IMG/VR virus record: IMGVR_UViG_3300043786_000977
Coordinates: 144,909 to 208,908 of that record
Reading direction: 5' to 3' (one strand)
DNA: 64,000 nt
Below are positions 15,442 through 25,795 of this stretch, in pieces. The position numbers were made by a program, and so were the translations under genes. The notes below the pieces were generated by a model that had not been told where the DNA came from, did not search any database, and worked only from the letters and a program-made list of their open reading frames with translations. Position 1 is the first letter of the stretch, and every line of letters begins with the position of its first letter.

Positions 15442-16935
15442 ATGCGTAAGACAACGTCAATGATCAGAGGTCACAATTCAGATCCCTTGCACGCGCACAG
15501 CGGGGATCATCACCTGGAGTTCTTCTCGAAGGCGGGTTCGCTCTTCGTGAAGGGCAAGGGTAAGAAAGGCGCCAGCTACTACGGTACCAGTTCCGAGACG
15601 ACAGCCCTGTCACTCTTCCAGCCCATGTGGATGTCGCCAGGCCTGGAGAACAAGACACTGGCCATGCAGTTGCTGTTCTGGTTACGTGATCCCCGCGGTG
15701 GCGCCGGCAATCGGTCGGGTTTCCGGGAAATCGTGCGCTGGTTGGCGCAGCAGCCTGAGACGTCGGTTGATCCGTCGGGTGCCACTTGGCTGGGTGTCAA
15801 CCTGTTGCGGGTTCCGGAATGGGGACGCTGGGACGATCTGGCAGAACTGTACGGTACGTCACTCGAGCCGCTTGTCGCGGGCGTCTGGACAGAAGCGATC
15901 ATGCGGAAGGAGCACCTGGCTTGTAAGTGGGCCAAGGTTGATATGGTACCGCTGCAGCGCGCCCTGAAAATCAATGAGCGTGGGTTGCGGATGTTGATCG
16001 TACCGCCCCGTGCCACGATCGTTGAGCGTGCTATGTGCGCGGGTGACTGGACTGCCGTGGACTACTCGAAGATTCCGAGTAAGGCGATGTCCATGTACAC
16101 GAAGGCGTTCCGGATGCACGACAAGCCCCGGTTCGACGAGTACAAGGCGGCACTGGTGCGTGGGGATAAAGGCGTGAAGATTAACGCTAGTGTGTTGTTC
16201 CCGCACGACTGTGTGAAGCAGGCGAAGACTGGTGATCAGATCATCGCTGAAGCGCAGTTTAAAGCGTTGCCCGATTTCATCGGTGGCACGGATCGGCGTA
16301 TCATCGTGTTGGCTGACCGGTCTGGTTCGATGGGTGCTATAGCGCAGGATACGATTACGAACGATAATGTGGCTGTGGCCTTGGCGCTGTATTGCAGCGA
16401 TCGGCTGGGTCCGCAGAATCCGTTCTATCGGCAGTATCTGGAATTCCAGAGTACACCGTTCTGGGTGGATTGGAAAAACGAGACGTTTGTGCAAGCCTGT
16501 CGGTCCGGTCAAGGATTCGCGGGTAGCACGAACTTACAAGGGGCGCTTGACGCTATATTGAAGCAGGGCAAAGCTTGGAGAGTCCCTCCGGCACAGATGC
16601 CTACGATGCTTCTGATCGTCAGCGATATGCAGTTCGATAACCACGTTACTGGGGGAACCCGGATGATAGCCTGTCACGGAACTGAACAGACTGTGGTTGA
16701 GAAATGTATGCAACAGTGGGAAGCTGCTGGTTATCAGCGGCCGACTATTGTTTTCTGGAATCTTGCAGGCTACGCAGGGCAACCTGCGCAAGCACAGACA
16801 CCGAACACTGCCCTTGTGTCCGGTTTCTCACCTGCCATACTGAAATCCATACTGTCTGGTAAAGAAGTTTTACCCCGAGAGGTCATGCTCCGGGCAATAG
16901 CTAAATATCAGGTAGAGGTCCCCTGCGTGGGGTAA
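15442..16935 (+). CDS. Ro60/TROVE-related RNA-binding protein (DUF2828-type, C-terminal vWA)
   Basis: LFWLRDPRGGAG, RWDDL, ACKW, DYSKIPSKAM, INASVLFPHD, vWA LADRSGSM, STNLQ, IVSDMQFD, IVFWNL, LVSGFSP. Confidence 0.85.
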   Translation: MRKTTSMIRGHNSDPLHAHSGDHHLEFFSKAGSLFVKGKGKKGASYYGTSSETTALSLFQPMWMSPGLENKTLAMQLLFWLRDPRGGAGNRSGFREIVRWLAQQPETSVDPSGATWLGVNLLRVPEWGRWDDLAELYGTSLEPLVAGVWTEAIMRKEHLACKWAKVDMVPLQRALKINERGLRMLIVPPRATIVERAMCAGDWTAVDYSKIPSKAMSMYTKAFRMHDKPRFDEYKAALVRGDKGVKINASVLFPHDCVKQAKTGDQIIAEAQFKALPDFIGGTDRRIIVLADRSGSMGAIAQDTITNDNVAVALALYCSDRLGPQNPFYRQYLEFQSTPFWVDWKNETFVQACRSGQGFAGSTNLQGALDAILKQGKAWRVPPAQMPTMLLIVSDMQFDNHVTGGTRMIACHGTEQTVVEKCMQQWEAAGYQRPTIVFWNLAGYAGQPAQAQTPNTALVSGFSPAILKSILSGKEVLPREVMLRAIAKYQVEVPCVG

Positions 16936-16960
16936 CACCATGATTCAGATTACATGACCA

Positions 16961-17001
16961 GGAGATGCGGGCTCATCCGAGCCCGCACTCCTCTTATCTT
17001 T
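16961..17001 (+). terminator. Rho-independent terminator-like hairpin
   Basis: TGCGGGCTC-ATCC-GAGCCCGCA plus pyrimidine-rich tail. Confidence 0.55.
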
Positions 17002-17030
17002 CAGAGTCCAACCAATAACAGGAGAAGAAC

Positions 17031-17552
17031 ATGAGAAGTATGAAGTGGCTCAGTGGCTGCGTGTTGATTACCGTCATCGTCGGACTGTTGTTCGCAGGCG
17101 GCTGTACATCGAATCAGAAGACAACGATCGCTCGGCACGCGGGCATGGCCTCGGCCGTGACGTGGCTCGGTGTGGACAATCCAACGACCGAGGAAATCGC
17201 AGCGGTTCAGGGCATCGTCAATTTGATCCAGACCAACGTGGCGCGTGTTGCCGTCGGCGGCTCGTACTACACGGTCATTATGCCCATCGCGCAGGATTAT
17301 ATCACGGTCTATGCGAAACCGAACATACAACCGATGTGCTCGTTGGGTGCCGCGTGGTTGTTATCCGGTATCGATCTCGTGTTCGCTTTGAATCCGTCCT
17401 GGGCTACAGAACAGCAGGAAGTGTGCGCGATTGCACAGGCATTCTGCGAAGGTGCCAAGCAGGGATTGGCGCTGGCTCCGGATAGCCCGGCAGTCATGGC
17501 AGCCAAGGGACAGACCGACGTACGTGTGGTGCGCAAGCGCCAGTTACGCTAA
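17031..17552 (+). CDS. Putative lipoprotein
   Basis: Signal peptide ending LFAGG-C; SD AGGAG. Confidence 0.7.
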   Translation: MRSMKWLSGCVLITVIVGLLFAGGCTSNQKTTIARHAGMASAVTWLGVDNPTTEEIAAVQGIVNLIQTNVARVAVGGSYYTVIMPIAQDYITVYAKPNIQPMCSLGAAWLLSGIDLVFALNPSWATEQQEVCAIAQAFCEGAKQGLALAPDSPAVMAAKGQTDVRVVRKRQLR

Positions 17553-17760
17553 TCTAGAAGCACAGGATACAGTATCGATGAACGTGCCTGGGCTTCTGTA
17601 CAACACGCGGGCACACACATGCCCGCGGTCCATGCCGGGTTAGACCCGGTGAGAGCCTACGGGCTCTCTTTACCTATTGGGGTTAATATCGTACATTGTT
17701 ACGTTATAACATACTGTTAGAGAATAGGTTTAGTTACCATCACAACAACAGGAGGTTCAG

Positions 17761-18030
17761 ATGAACGATGAACTGCGTATCGAGATTCAGCAGATGATGG
17801 CCACTGAGCGCCAGGCGATTTTCGCGGAGTTGGACCGGAAAATGCCGGCGTATCTGCAGTCGCCGCAGGTCGCGAAGGGCATCGTGAAGGTGGGCCTGGT
17901 TGCGTTGGCGAAAGCCGGCGTGCTGTACCCCATTGTCACGATCAAGTCGCTGTTCGGGGTGATGCCGAAGCGAGTGTCCGCGGCACAGCCGGCGGATGTA
18001 ATGCCTGACGGCGTGCCGCTCCCGGCCTGA
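17761..18030 (+). CDS. Hypothetical protein
   Basis: SD AGGAGG. Confidence 0.65.
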   Translation: MNDELRIEIQQMMATERQAIFAELDRKMPAYLQSPQVAKGIVKVGLVALAKAGVLYPIVTIKSLFGVMPKRVSAAQPADVMPDGVPLPA

Positions 18031-18116
18031 ACACAATACAAGGGTTACCTTGTCGAGTGGCCCCCACCCGCGTGGTGGGGGCGCTCGTTTCATTTAGTAT
18101 TGACTGGAGTATCACC

Positions 18117-18551
18117 ATGATCATGAAATGGATGTTGATTGCGCTATTGACAGCGACGTACAGTATGGCTGACATGCTGCCGTACCAAGAGAGACAGATC
18201 CTGGAGTCAGTCGCGGCGCAGGTCGGGCTATCGCAAGATGGCACAGAACTGTTGCTGGTTATCCGTAAGATAGAAAACGGTGGACCAGGCCGGGAGATGG
18301 GCGTAATGACACCCAGGGCACAACGGTATAAAGGTAACTCCGAGCGCTCATTGCGCCTGCAAGCCCAGTGGGCCGCAGGGACGATCAAGCGACATTACCG
18401 GGGTGACGTCCTTAGTTTCGCCAAACGTTATTGTCCACCACGGTGGGCATGGTGGAACAGTACAGCGCAGCAGTATCTGCGCGAACTACAGAACACAGAC
18501 GCGGATACGATAAACCCGCGACTGCCTGACAGTGTCATGCGTAGACAGTGA
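18117..18551 (+). CDS. Secreted lysozyme-like (SLT/muramidase-type) protein
   Basis: Signal peptide, IRKIENG (candidate catalytic Glu), FAKRYCP...W. Confidence 0.55.
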   Translation: MIMKWMLIALLTATYSMADMLPYQERQILESVAAQVGLSQDGTELLLVIRKIENGGPGREMGVMTPRAQRYKGNSERSLRLQAQWAAGTIKRHYRGDVLSFAKRYCPPRWAWWNSTAQQYLRELQNTDADTINPRLPDSVMRRQ

Positions 18552-18870
18552 TAGTAAAGTGTAGTAGGTGCCCCGGGAAACGTGTACTACCCGTACGCGT
18601 TTCTCTTAGATAACGGAGGTCTGATGGCGTATTATTGCGAGGCATGTCGTGCAAAACGCAAGTTGATCACACGGTCTGAGCACCAAGTGTGTCATTGTGC
18701 GTTTTGTGGTGAAACGCATATCTGTCATAACTCAGATTCGCTTGAGTTATCTCAGTGTAGTTCAGAATACGTTGTAGCTTACTGGGTGCCTAGTCGCCCT
18801 GTCAGCCCCGACAATACAACAGCAGACGATACGCAACCAGACGAAATAAAACGAAAGGAAGACCCAAAAC

Positions 18871-19185
18871 ATGATCACATTCAAACTCGTGCCGAGGAGC
18901 AAGGATATCCACGTCGTCGTAGGCGCCGCCGTGGTGGGAAGCGTCACAAGGAAAGACTTGAACGAGCCCGTTTACGTGCCCAAGAAGCTGGTGCCGTTAA
19001 CCACCCTGGACATGATTCGCTTACTGCGCCAGATGGGCGTGACGCTCGACGTGAAACTCGAAGCAAAGATCGAGACAGCAGCAACTGAACAACAGGCAGT
19101 GCTATCCCAGGCACGGGCGCTAAGGTTCGGTAAGAAGACTACGCCGGCTCCCGTTAAACGCAGTCACAAGAAGAAGGTCAAATGA
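18871..19185 (+). CDS. Hypothetical protein
   Basis: SD-like AAAGGA; overlaps the next start. Confidence 0.55.
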   Translation: MITFKLVPRSKDIHVVVGAAVVGSVTRKDLNEPVYVPKKLVPLTTLDMIRLLRQMGVTLDVKLEAKIETAATEQQAVLSQARALRFGKKTTPAPVKRSHKKKVK

Positions 19186-20681
19186 TTCTGCGTCACTTCC
19201 AACCTAAGCGAGTTGGATACGGCTGGCCGCAGTCTGAACTGATCCGGCTCAAAGAGGAATATGCACGTGGTGCTTCCATAGCAGAAATGATGTGGTTGCA
19301 CCAACGTGATGCTGATACGCTACGCATGCGTATAGTGGCACAGGGGTGGGATCCGGACAGAGATGATATTGACACGCCTTATCCATTTACTAATGACCAT
19401 GGTATGGTCGAGTATCTGTACCCTGACGGTACCATCCACAGTAGTAGGCAGCACAAGCGGACAAAGCTTGATGTATTACGAACCGGGCGGCCGCGGGCGA
19501 AGGTGGTAGTCTCGGCAGATGTCCACATGGGGAGTATTGGTCAACAGTTTGAGGCGGGGTACAATGAAGTACTGAGCACGATTAAGACCGCTGCGACCCA
19601 GTCTAGCTTGTCTCACTTGATTGTGAATAGGGGTGATAGTCACATGTCCTGGGAACAGCGGTTAGCACCAGTCGTCTCTAGTGCAACGGGGTGCCACGAC
19701 TCCGTGGACGAAGAGGCACTGATTTCAGATATCATGCTCACGCTTACGAACGAACGGCTGTTCTACGATACCGTGCGTCCTATCCTTGTGGCAATGTCAC
19801 ACGAGTTCCACGAGCAAGGCCGCTTGCGCTCAGCTATAGTGTTTCTACCTGTAGTGAAGTGGTGGATGCGATATAACCCCAAGAACTATTGTGGTCTCGG
19901 CTATCGTGTCGCTTCTGAGTGCCCTACATGGGATGCACAAGGTCTAACGACAGCTATAACCGCTGAACGCATGTTAGAGCTTGCGGAGTGTATACACTCC
20001 CAGTATCTCGAAGAGGTACGCACGGAGGCAACAATGTCGGGTGTCGTTTTCGTAGACCTAGATGCACTGTGCGCTGGTGTCGAGTTACGAGCGCCTGACG
20101 GGTTCAATGTGCTACCTTCGTTAAGAGACCGCCCCAAGGTCGTAGAGGTGTCTGCGGAAAGCGAAGCCTTTCGCCAAACGCATTTGGGTATTGACCCAAC
20201 GATGGATGAGCAGGTTGATAGCTTGACGGCGGGTGTCGTCGAGTGTGTGGGAGAGTTGGAAGAACTAGAGGCCGGTCTTAGAAAAGATCTTGGCCGCAAG
20301 ACAAGGAGAAGATCAATGAGTGAAGTTATGTTGAACAAGGAATCGGTAATGGCGACGGCCATGAAGAACAAGGCAGCGAATCAGGCGGCAGTTGCCGCGG
20401 CCATCGAGGAAGCCAAGGAGAAGATCACCAAGTACGCCGCGGCGCTCGCCGAGGCATTGGCCCTGGGTGACATTCGCAAGTGCAAGGTCATGCCGCCCGT
20501 GATCGACGTGGTGGCAAACCATGCCGCCAAGTTCGATAAGCTGATCACGCTGGTCGTGCACGTCAACGGTACCGAAGTGCCTCCGTCAGCGGACATGCTG
20601 TGGCTCCTGATCGATCCCAATGAGTTGAACGTACCGACGCAGCGCAAGGTCACGTTCGATCTGGTTGACGCAAGGGGCTAA
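19182..20681 (+). CDS. Multi-module hypothetical protein, N-terminal Myb/HTH-like
   Basis: WPQSELIRLKEEYARG; internal SD and in-frame ATG at 20316. Confidence 0.6.
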   Translation: MILRHFQPKRVGYGWPQSELIRLKEEYARGASIAEMMWLHQRDADTLRMRIVAQGWDPDRDDIDTPYPFTNDHGMVEYLYPDGTIHSSRQHKRTKLDVLRTGRPRAKVVVSADVHMGSIGQQFEAGYNEVLSTIKTAATQSSLSHLIVNRGDSHMSWEQRLAPVVSSATGCHDSVDEEALISDIMLTLTNERLFYDTVRPILVAMSHEFHEQGRLRSAIVFLPVVKWWMRYNPKNYCGLGYRVASECPTWDAQGLTTAITAERMLELAECIHSQYLEEVRTEATMSGVVFVDLDALCAGVELRAPDGFNVLPSLRDRPKVVEVSAESEAFRQTHLGIDPTMDEQVDSLTAGVVECVGELEELEAGLRKDLGRKTRRRSMSEVMLNKESVMATAMKNKAANQAAVAAAIEEAKEKITKYAAALAEALALGDIRKCKVMPPVIDVVANHAAKFDKLITLVVHVNGTEVPPSADMLWLLIDPNELNVPTQRKVTFDLVDARG

Positions 20682-21546
20682 TTGTGGCACCACAAGATCT
20701 GCTTAGTAACGCTGTCGGTGTCCTGAATGCGTTTATTCAGGACATCGCAGCGGTTGGCGTCGAGCACACAGGCGAAGTCTGGCCTGACTTAGTACCGACC
20801 TACCGGGATGCTGTGATTGTGTTCAATCGCATCGTCAAGGAGGTACCGTTGTGCCGCTGTGCCAATTGTAACACGTTCTGGTCACAGGACGTGGTAACGC
20901 CTTTGGGGTGTGTAGTTGACCTCAATCAACGACTTGATCCTGGAGGTGAAGTGCCGTGCGGTGAATGTCCTAGATTCAAATGCCGGGCACTAGTGTATCT
21001 CGTTAAACCTATTGAGGTGGAGGAACCATGAAAGAGTATGATCGGGCTAGTTTTGATGCGGCCTTCAAGGACAAACCGTTGACCATGAACAACTTGTTCG
21101 TATTTATGCTGCGCAATACGAGCGATGAAAACGGTCAGCCAGCACCGGGTCTCATCCTGGCCTCGTATCTCAGCATGCTTCACACGTTGACCGTGAAGCT
21201 GATCGATGCGTGGCCTGAGGCACTGAAGACGACGAAACCGGAGTTCACGGGGTATGTGGTTTCCCTGGCGTACTACCTGGGTATGTTGTCTGCTAATACC
21301 AAAGACTTGGACAAAGAGTCATGGGCAGCGTCGGTGACACACTGGGCTGATAAGATGCTCGGGGACGAACCCGGACGTCATGCCGTGGTCATGGAGTTGG
21401 TTAACGCCCGCGTGGAGGTCGATAAGCTGTACGTCGAGCCGGCACAGACGTAGTTCATATCAGGTGTTGTACGACAGGCTGTCGTACTTTTGAAAGTCGC
21501 TGGACGTGTGTTTGGCGCAAATGGTTAAACAAAACGGAGGTATTCA

Positions 21547-22530
21547 GTGAGCGTAGCAAAGACGACGAAGACGACGAAGACGATGGATCTCCTGGTCGCG
21601 TTCGAGGGCGCCTGTGTAATGCGGGGGCTCGTCATCACGCGTGCCGTCGAGGAGTATGTAGCGACGACCGAAGCCGCGATGGTTGGTCTGCATGGCTGGG
21701 GTAAGTTGGATCGTGGATTGAAGCCGCAGATCCAGGCATTGATTCCCATCCTGGAAGCCGGTCGTGCTGCACATGTGCAGTATCATGCCCGGGTCTTGGG
21801 ACTATGCGCGATTCATCACGTGGAAACACTCAAGGCTGCGAGCGAGACATTCGAGCAGGATCCTGCCGTTGTGCAGCACAACGCACACTACGGGAAGCAG
21901 CTCATACTGGCGACGCCCGCCGAATTGGAGGGTCTGCCGGACTACACGGGCAGCGAGACGTTGCGTGCGCAGGTGTGTGATGCCTTCATCGCCCAGTTGA
22001 ACGAAGCGTTAAGCCTGACGACCTCCACTACGCTCGGGAAGATCGCCAAGATGGTCAAGGGCCTGCACAAGGCCATTTCGTGGCTTCCGGAAGAGCTGAC
22101 GCCCAAGGCCCACGAGATCCTGGGTACCTATGCGGCGGCATGGTGCAATGAAATGCTTGTGACACCCATGCTGCGTGACGATCAGAAGGTCACCGTGGAG
22201 AAGACCAAGATACTCTGGGGTGCATGTCAGGAGAACATGGCCCAGGGTATGGCGCCGGACGAGGCGTTGTCACGCTCGCTGATGAAACTCAGTTTCTCAG
22301 CGATGACGGAAGCCCTCTCCGACATGTCGGGGGGAAGCCTCAGGTCCATGCTGGGCCTGTTGGATGCCTGTACGAAGCCGGGGGATGATGCGGAAGGAGG
22401 CCTCAAGAGGATGATATCCATGATGGATGACATCATGAAAGAGATGCCGCCGCAGGATCAGCCGACGCGTGACCCGGCGGTAGTGGATGCACCGCCGCTG
22501 CGTTTCGTGGAGAGTGCAAACCCGGTCTGA
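21547..22530 (+). CDS. Hypothetical protein (327 aa)
   Basis: SD GGAGG, GTG start, followed by a terminator. Confidence 0.7.
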   Translation: MSVAKTTKTTKTMDLLVAFEGACVMRGLVITRAVEEYVATTEAAMVGLHGWGKLDRGLKPQIQALIPILEAGRAAHVQYHARVLGLCAIHHVETLKAASETFEQDPAVVQHNAHYGKQLILATPAELEGLPDYTGSETLRAQVCDAFIAQLNEALSLTTSTTLGKIAKMVKGLHKAISWLPEELTPKAHEILGTYAAAWCNEMLVTPMLRDDQKVTVEKTKILWGACQENMAQGMAPDEALSRSLMKLSFSAMTEALSDMSGGSLRSMLGLLDACTKPGDDAEGGLKRMISMMDDIMKEMPPQDQPTRDPAVVDAPPLRFVESANPV

Positions 22531-22542
22531 GCAATCACTGGG

Positions 22543-22580
22543 GGACGGGGCATGGGAGGTAACACTCCCATGCCCTGCTT
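22543..22580 (+). terminator. Rho-independent terminator
   Basis: GGGCATGGGAG-GTAACA-CTCCCATGCCC plus TGCTTCTT. Confidence 0.65.
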
Positions 22581-24915
22581 CTTATTATGACATTAACAAA
22601 AATACCCCGGCCTATAAGAGATCGTTTAGTCACGCTGCTCGGTGGCGTCAAATGCACGCACCCCGTGTCCGGTGTTGACTTTTCACAATCTGCATCATGT
22701 ACCGATCGTGTAACGCGTGCCACCAGGACGTGGCATACGCTCAGTGGCAAGGAACGCCTCAGTTATTTACATACTGTACACATGGCGTACCTTGAAGAGT
22801 TGAGGGACCTCGCTGCGGTGATGTGTCATACAGCAAGTAGTGAAGAGTAGCTTAAACCAAGGAGATGTGTATGCCGCAAGAACTCAAGTGCGCTACATGC
22901 AGGGATATGGAAGCGCGTATAGGATGCGGTGTTAAGACAGCGGTGAAGGCGGATGGGCATCGTTGTCTGCTACGCAGACGTGGCGTTGGGATTTATGTAC
23001 AGAAAGGTACGGTACCGTCATGGTGTCCAAAACTGCGGTAAGCTATCCGCCCATCAAACCAGGTACGGCAGTCGTTACACTCAGTCCTGACCTCAGTGAA
23101 CAGAATGAATGGACTGAGGCAGGTTGGCTCGCTCGTCGTTGGGGTGTTGAAGGTACTGTGTTGGCCCACAGTGACTCGCACGGTTTGTGTTATCACGTGC
23201 AACACGCTGATGGTTCGGATGCGTGGTATAACCCTTCTGAAATTCAGGTGGTGCAGCGCGATGAAGCCTAAACTACGTCTCATAAGTCATGGGACCAAGA
23301 CCTCAAAGAAGGAAACGGCGCGACTTGTTAAAGCAGGTACCTTCGTAAACGGTACGACGTTTGCACACCGTGTAGGGTGGTATGTTCATCCGGATACCAA
23401 GGGGCAGCAAAGGAGAATGAGGTGATGGGTTACGATCATTCAGACTGTGCAGCACTGGTTGGGTTTTGTAAGTGCGATGTGTGTGTGGCAGCAAGGATGC
23501 CAAAACAATGCATAAAGCATACTGCGGCTACTAACTTGGATATGTGGCACCTCTGGACAATTCGAGCAGAGAGCTTAGCAGAACTGGCTTACCATAGAAG
23601 AGATATGGAAGATATGGGGTTTATTGTCGGTCCAATCGAAGTGTCAAAAGGTTGGCGTGAGCATTGTCTACCGTGCGGATGGTATTTCTTCTCAGCACGT
23701 ATAATTAAGCATGTTCTAGCCAAACACATTTTTGAAGCACTTTGTGCGTGGGATCGCGTATTTGGAGAATTACCTCCTGTTCCAACAAGCAATGGAGAAT
23801 GCTGTAATGACTAAGAAAAAGAACAAACTGCCACGGCGCTGGCCATCACGTTATCCGCTGGTGATATTCAAAGGACCGACGGGTACCTTGTACCCCGAGT
23901 GTATGTTCTGTCACGGTACAGGACGCAAGTGGCTTAAGTTCAGTGACTCGGATTCACCCGATGCCGCAGCCATGCACCAGACAAAGCACAAGTGCGGGCA
24001 CTGTAAGGGCCTCGGATATGATTTAAACGGGCGCGTTATCGTGAAGGAGGTTCCATGACTATTGCCTGTATTTGCTGCGGTGTGCTAGAAGTGCCGTTGT
24101 TGCTTGGCATCTTAGGTGCCGTTATTGCTGGCCTGCGTAAGTTACGCCGTATGTGTGACAAGAATGGGTGCAAATGTGCGTGTCACGACGCGCATAAGGA
24201 GGAGCAATGAGACTGGATGATATCGCATTGGAGTTTCCGCGGCTGCGTAACGCAGATGTACGTGGTATGGCAGTCAGGTATCCTAAAGACGGTTTACCCT
24301 ATGACGCAACCGGACCGCAACCCGGTGATAAGGTGTATGTGCAGTCGACCTGGATGGCCGGCATATGGTTTGCCAAGGAACGTAATCAGACGCACGGGCG
24401 TATATGGCCTTATACGGGTGCGGTTCCCGCACACGCGTTGACGCTACATCCAGACTTCTTTAAGGAGTATAACGTTAAGAAGCCAGCACCCGTGCGCCGT
24501 AAAAGGGAAAGGTGTCAGGTATGAAGTATATCCAGATAGGCATGATATGCTGCCTCTTTGGCATACTTTTCACTTCACTTAGGCAGCAGGACAAGCCGAG
24601 CATATCACAACCGACAGTGTTGCAGGCGAGTCCGATGCTGTCAGCTGATGCTGCGCCTGTAACGGCGGCACCAAACCAGAAGGAACCCGTGTATGCTGTT
24701 GTCGTGACGGCCTGGAACGAAAACAACAGTTATAGCTGGGAGGTGTACTTCTACCACGCCTCCACACCGGAGGCAGCTCAGAAAGCAGCCATCGGCGAAT
24801 ACATGATTACGCATCGAAACTGTCGGAGTCCGATGGCCACGGTACGTGTGTGTCCGGAGTGAGTTAACTCGTAAGGGCCAATACCAATGAATGTTCGTAA
24901 TGAGAGGAACGTTGA

Positions 24916-25785
24916 ATGACAAGGTTTACACAATTGATGGTGATGATGGGGTTCTGCGCGGTCATGGTCGGCTGTCGTACTACTGATAGTTGGCAGCCAC
25001 CCGTAGGTACAGGATCGAGTGCAGTGGCCGTGTGTCTCGGCATTAACGACTACCCGGGTCAGGCGAATGACCTGGGTGGTTGTGTTAATGATGCCCAGGA
25101 TTGGGCTTCATGCCTGCAGACGTATGGTTTCGCTACTAAGATCTACACAGATGCTGAGGTAACCAGTTCACTATTCGCTACCCTCCTAACGTATATAGCG
25201 GATAGCGCAGTAAGTGGTGATCGTATCGTGATCACATACTCTGGGCACGGGACACAGGTAAAGGACACTGACGGCGACGAAACTGATCAGCGGGATGAGG
25301 CCCTTTATCTATATGATAACGTTGTCACCGATGACATGATCAAAGAGCATCTGAGTCGTATACCTAACGGCGTATCCGTTACGTTGATATTCGACTCTTG
25401 TTTCAGTGGTAACGCGGTGAGAGCGCTCAATGCGGAGTCTAAGATCAGGTACGTGTGGAAACCATCACCGGCAGGTATAATTGATTATAACGGTAATCGG
25501 TCAGGTGACGTATTCATCATGGATAACACCACGACGGGTGAAATGCGTGAAGTCTACCTGGCTGCGTGCAGCGACACGGAGTATGCGTACGATGCCGTGT
25601 TTAACAGTCGGCCGAATGGCGCGTTCACATACTACGCCCTGAAGTCATTGCTACAGACGCCTGATCCACAGACCTACGTGACGTGGAAGATTTCGCTGGA
25701 TAAATACCAGAACGTTATGAAGCAGACGCCTCAATTCGAGGGTCTGCCAACGAACTTGAGTAAACGTGTGTTCCAAACAAAATGA
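24916..25785 (+). CDS. Caspase-family (peptidase C14, metacaspase-like) lipoprotein
   Basis: Lipobox VMVG-C; GINDYPG..LGGCVNDA; catalytic YSGHG and FDSCFSG. Confidence 0.88.
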   Translation: MTRFTQLMVMMGFCAVMVGCRTTDSWQPPVGTGSSAVAVCLGINDYPGQANDLGGCVNDAQDWASCLQTYGFATKIYTDAEVTSSLFATLLTYIADSAVSGDRIVITYSGHGTQVKDTDGDETDQRDEALYLYDNVVTDDMIKEHLSRIPNGVSVTLIFDSCFSGNAVRALNAESKIRYVWKPSPAGIIDYNGNRSGDVFIMDNTTTGEMREVYLAACSDTEYAYDAVFNSRPNGAFTYYALKSLLQTPDPQTYVTWKISLDKYQNVMKQTPQFEGLPTNLSKRVFQTK

Positions 25786-25795
25786 GGAGAAGACA

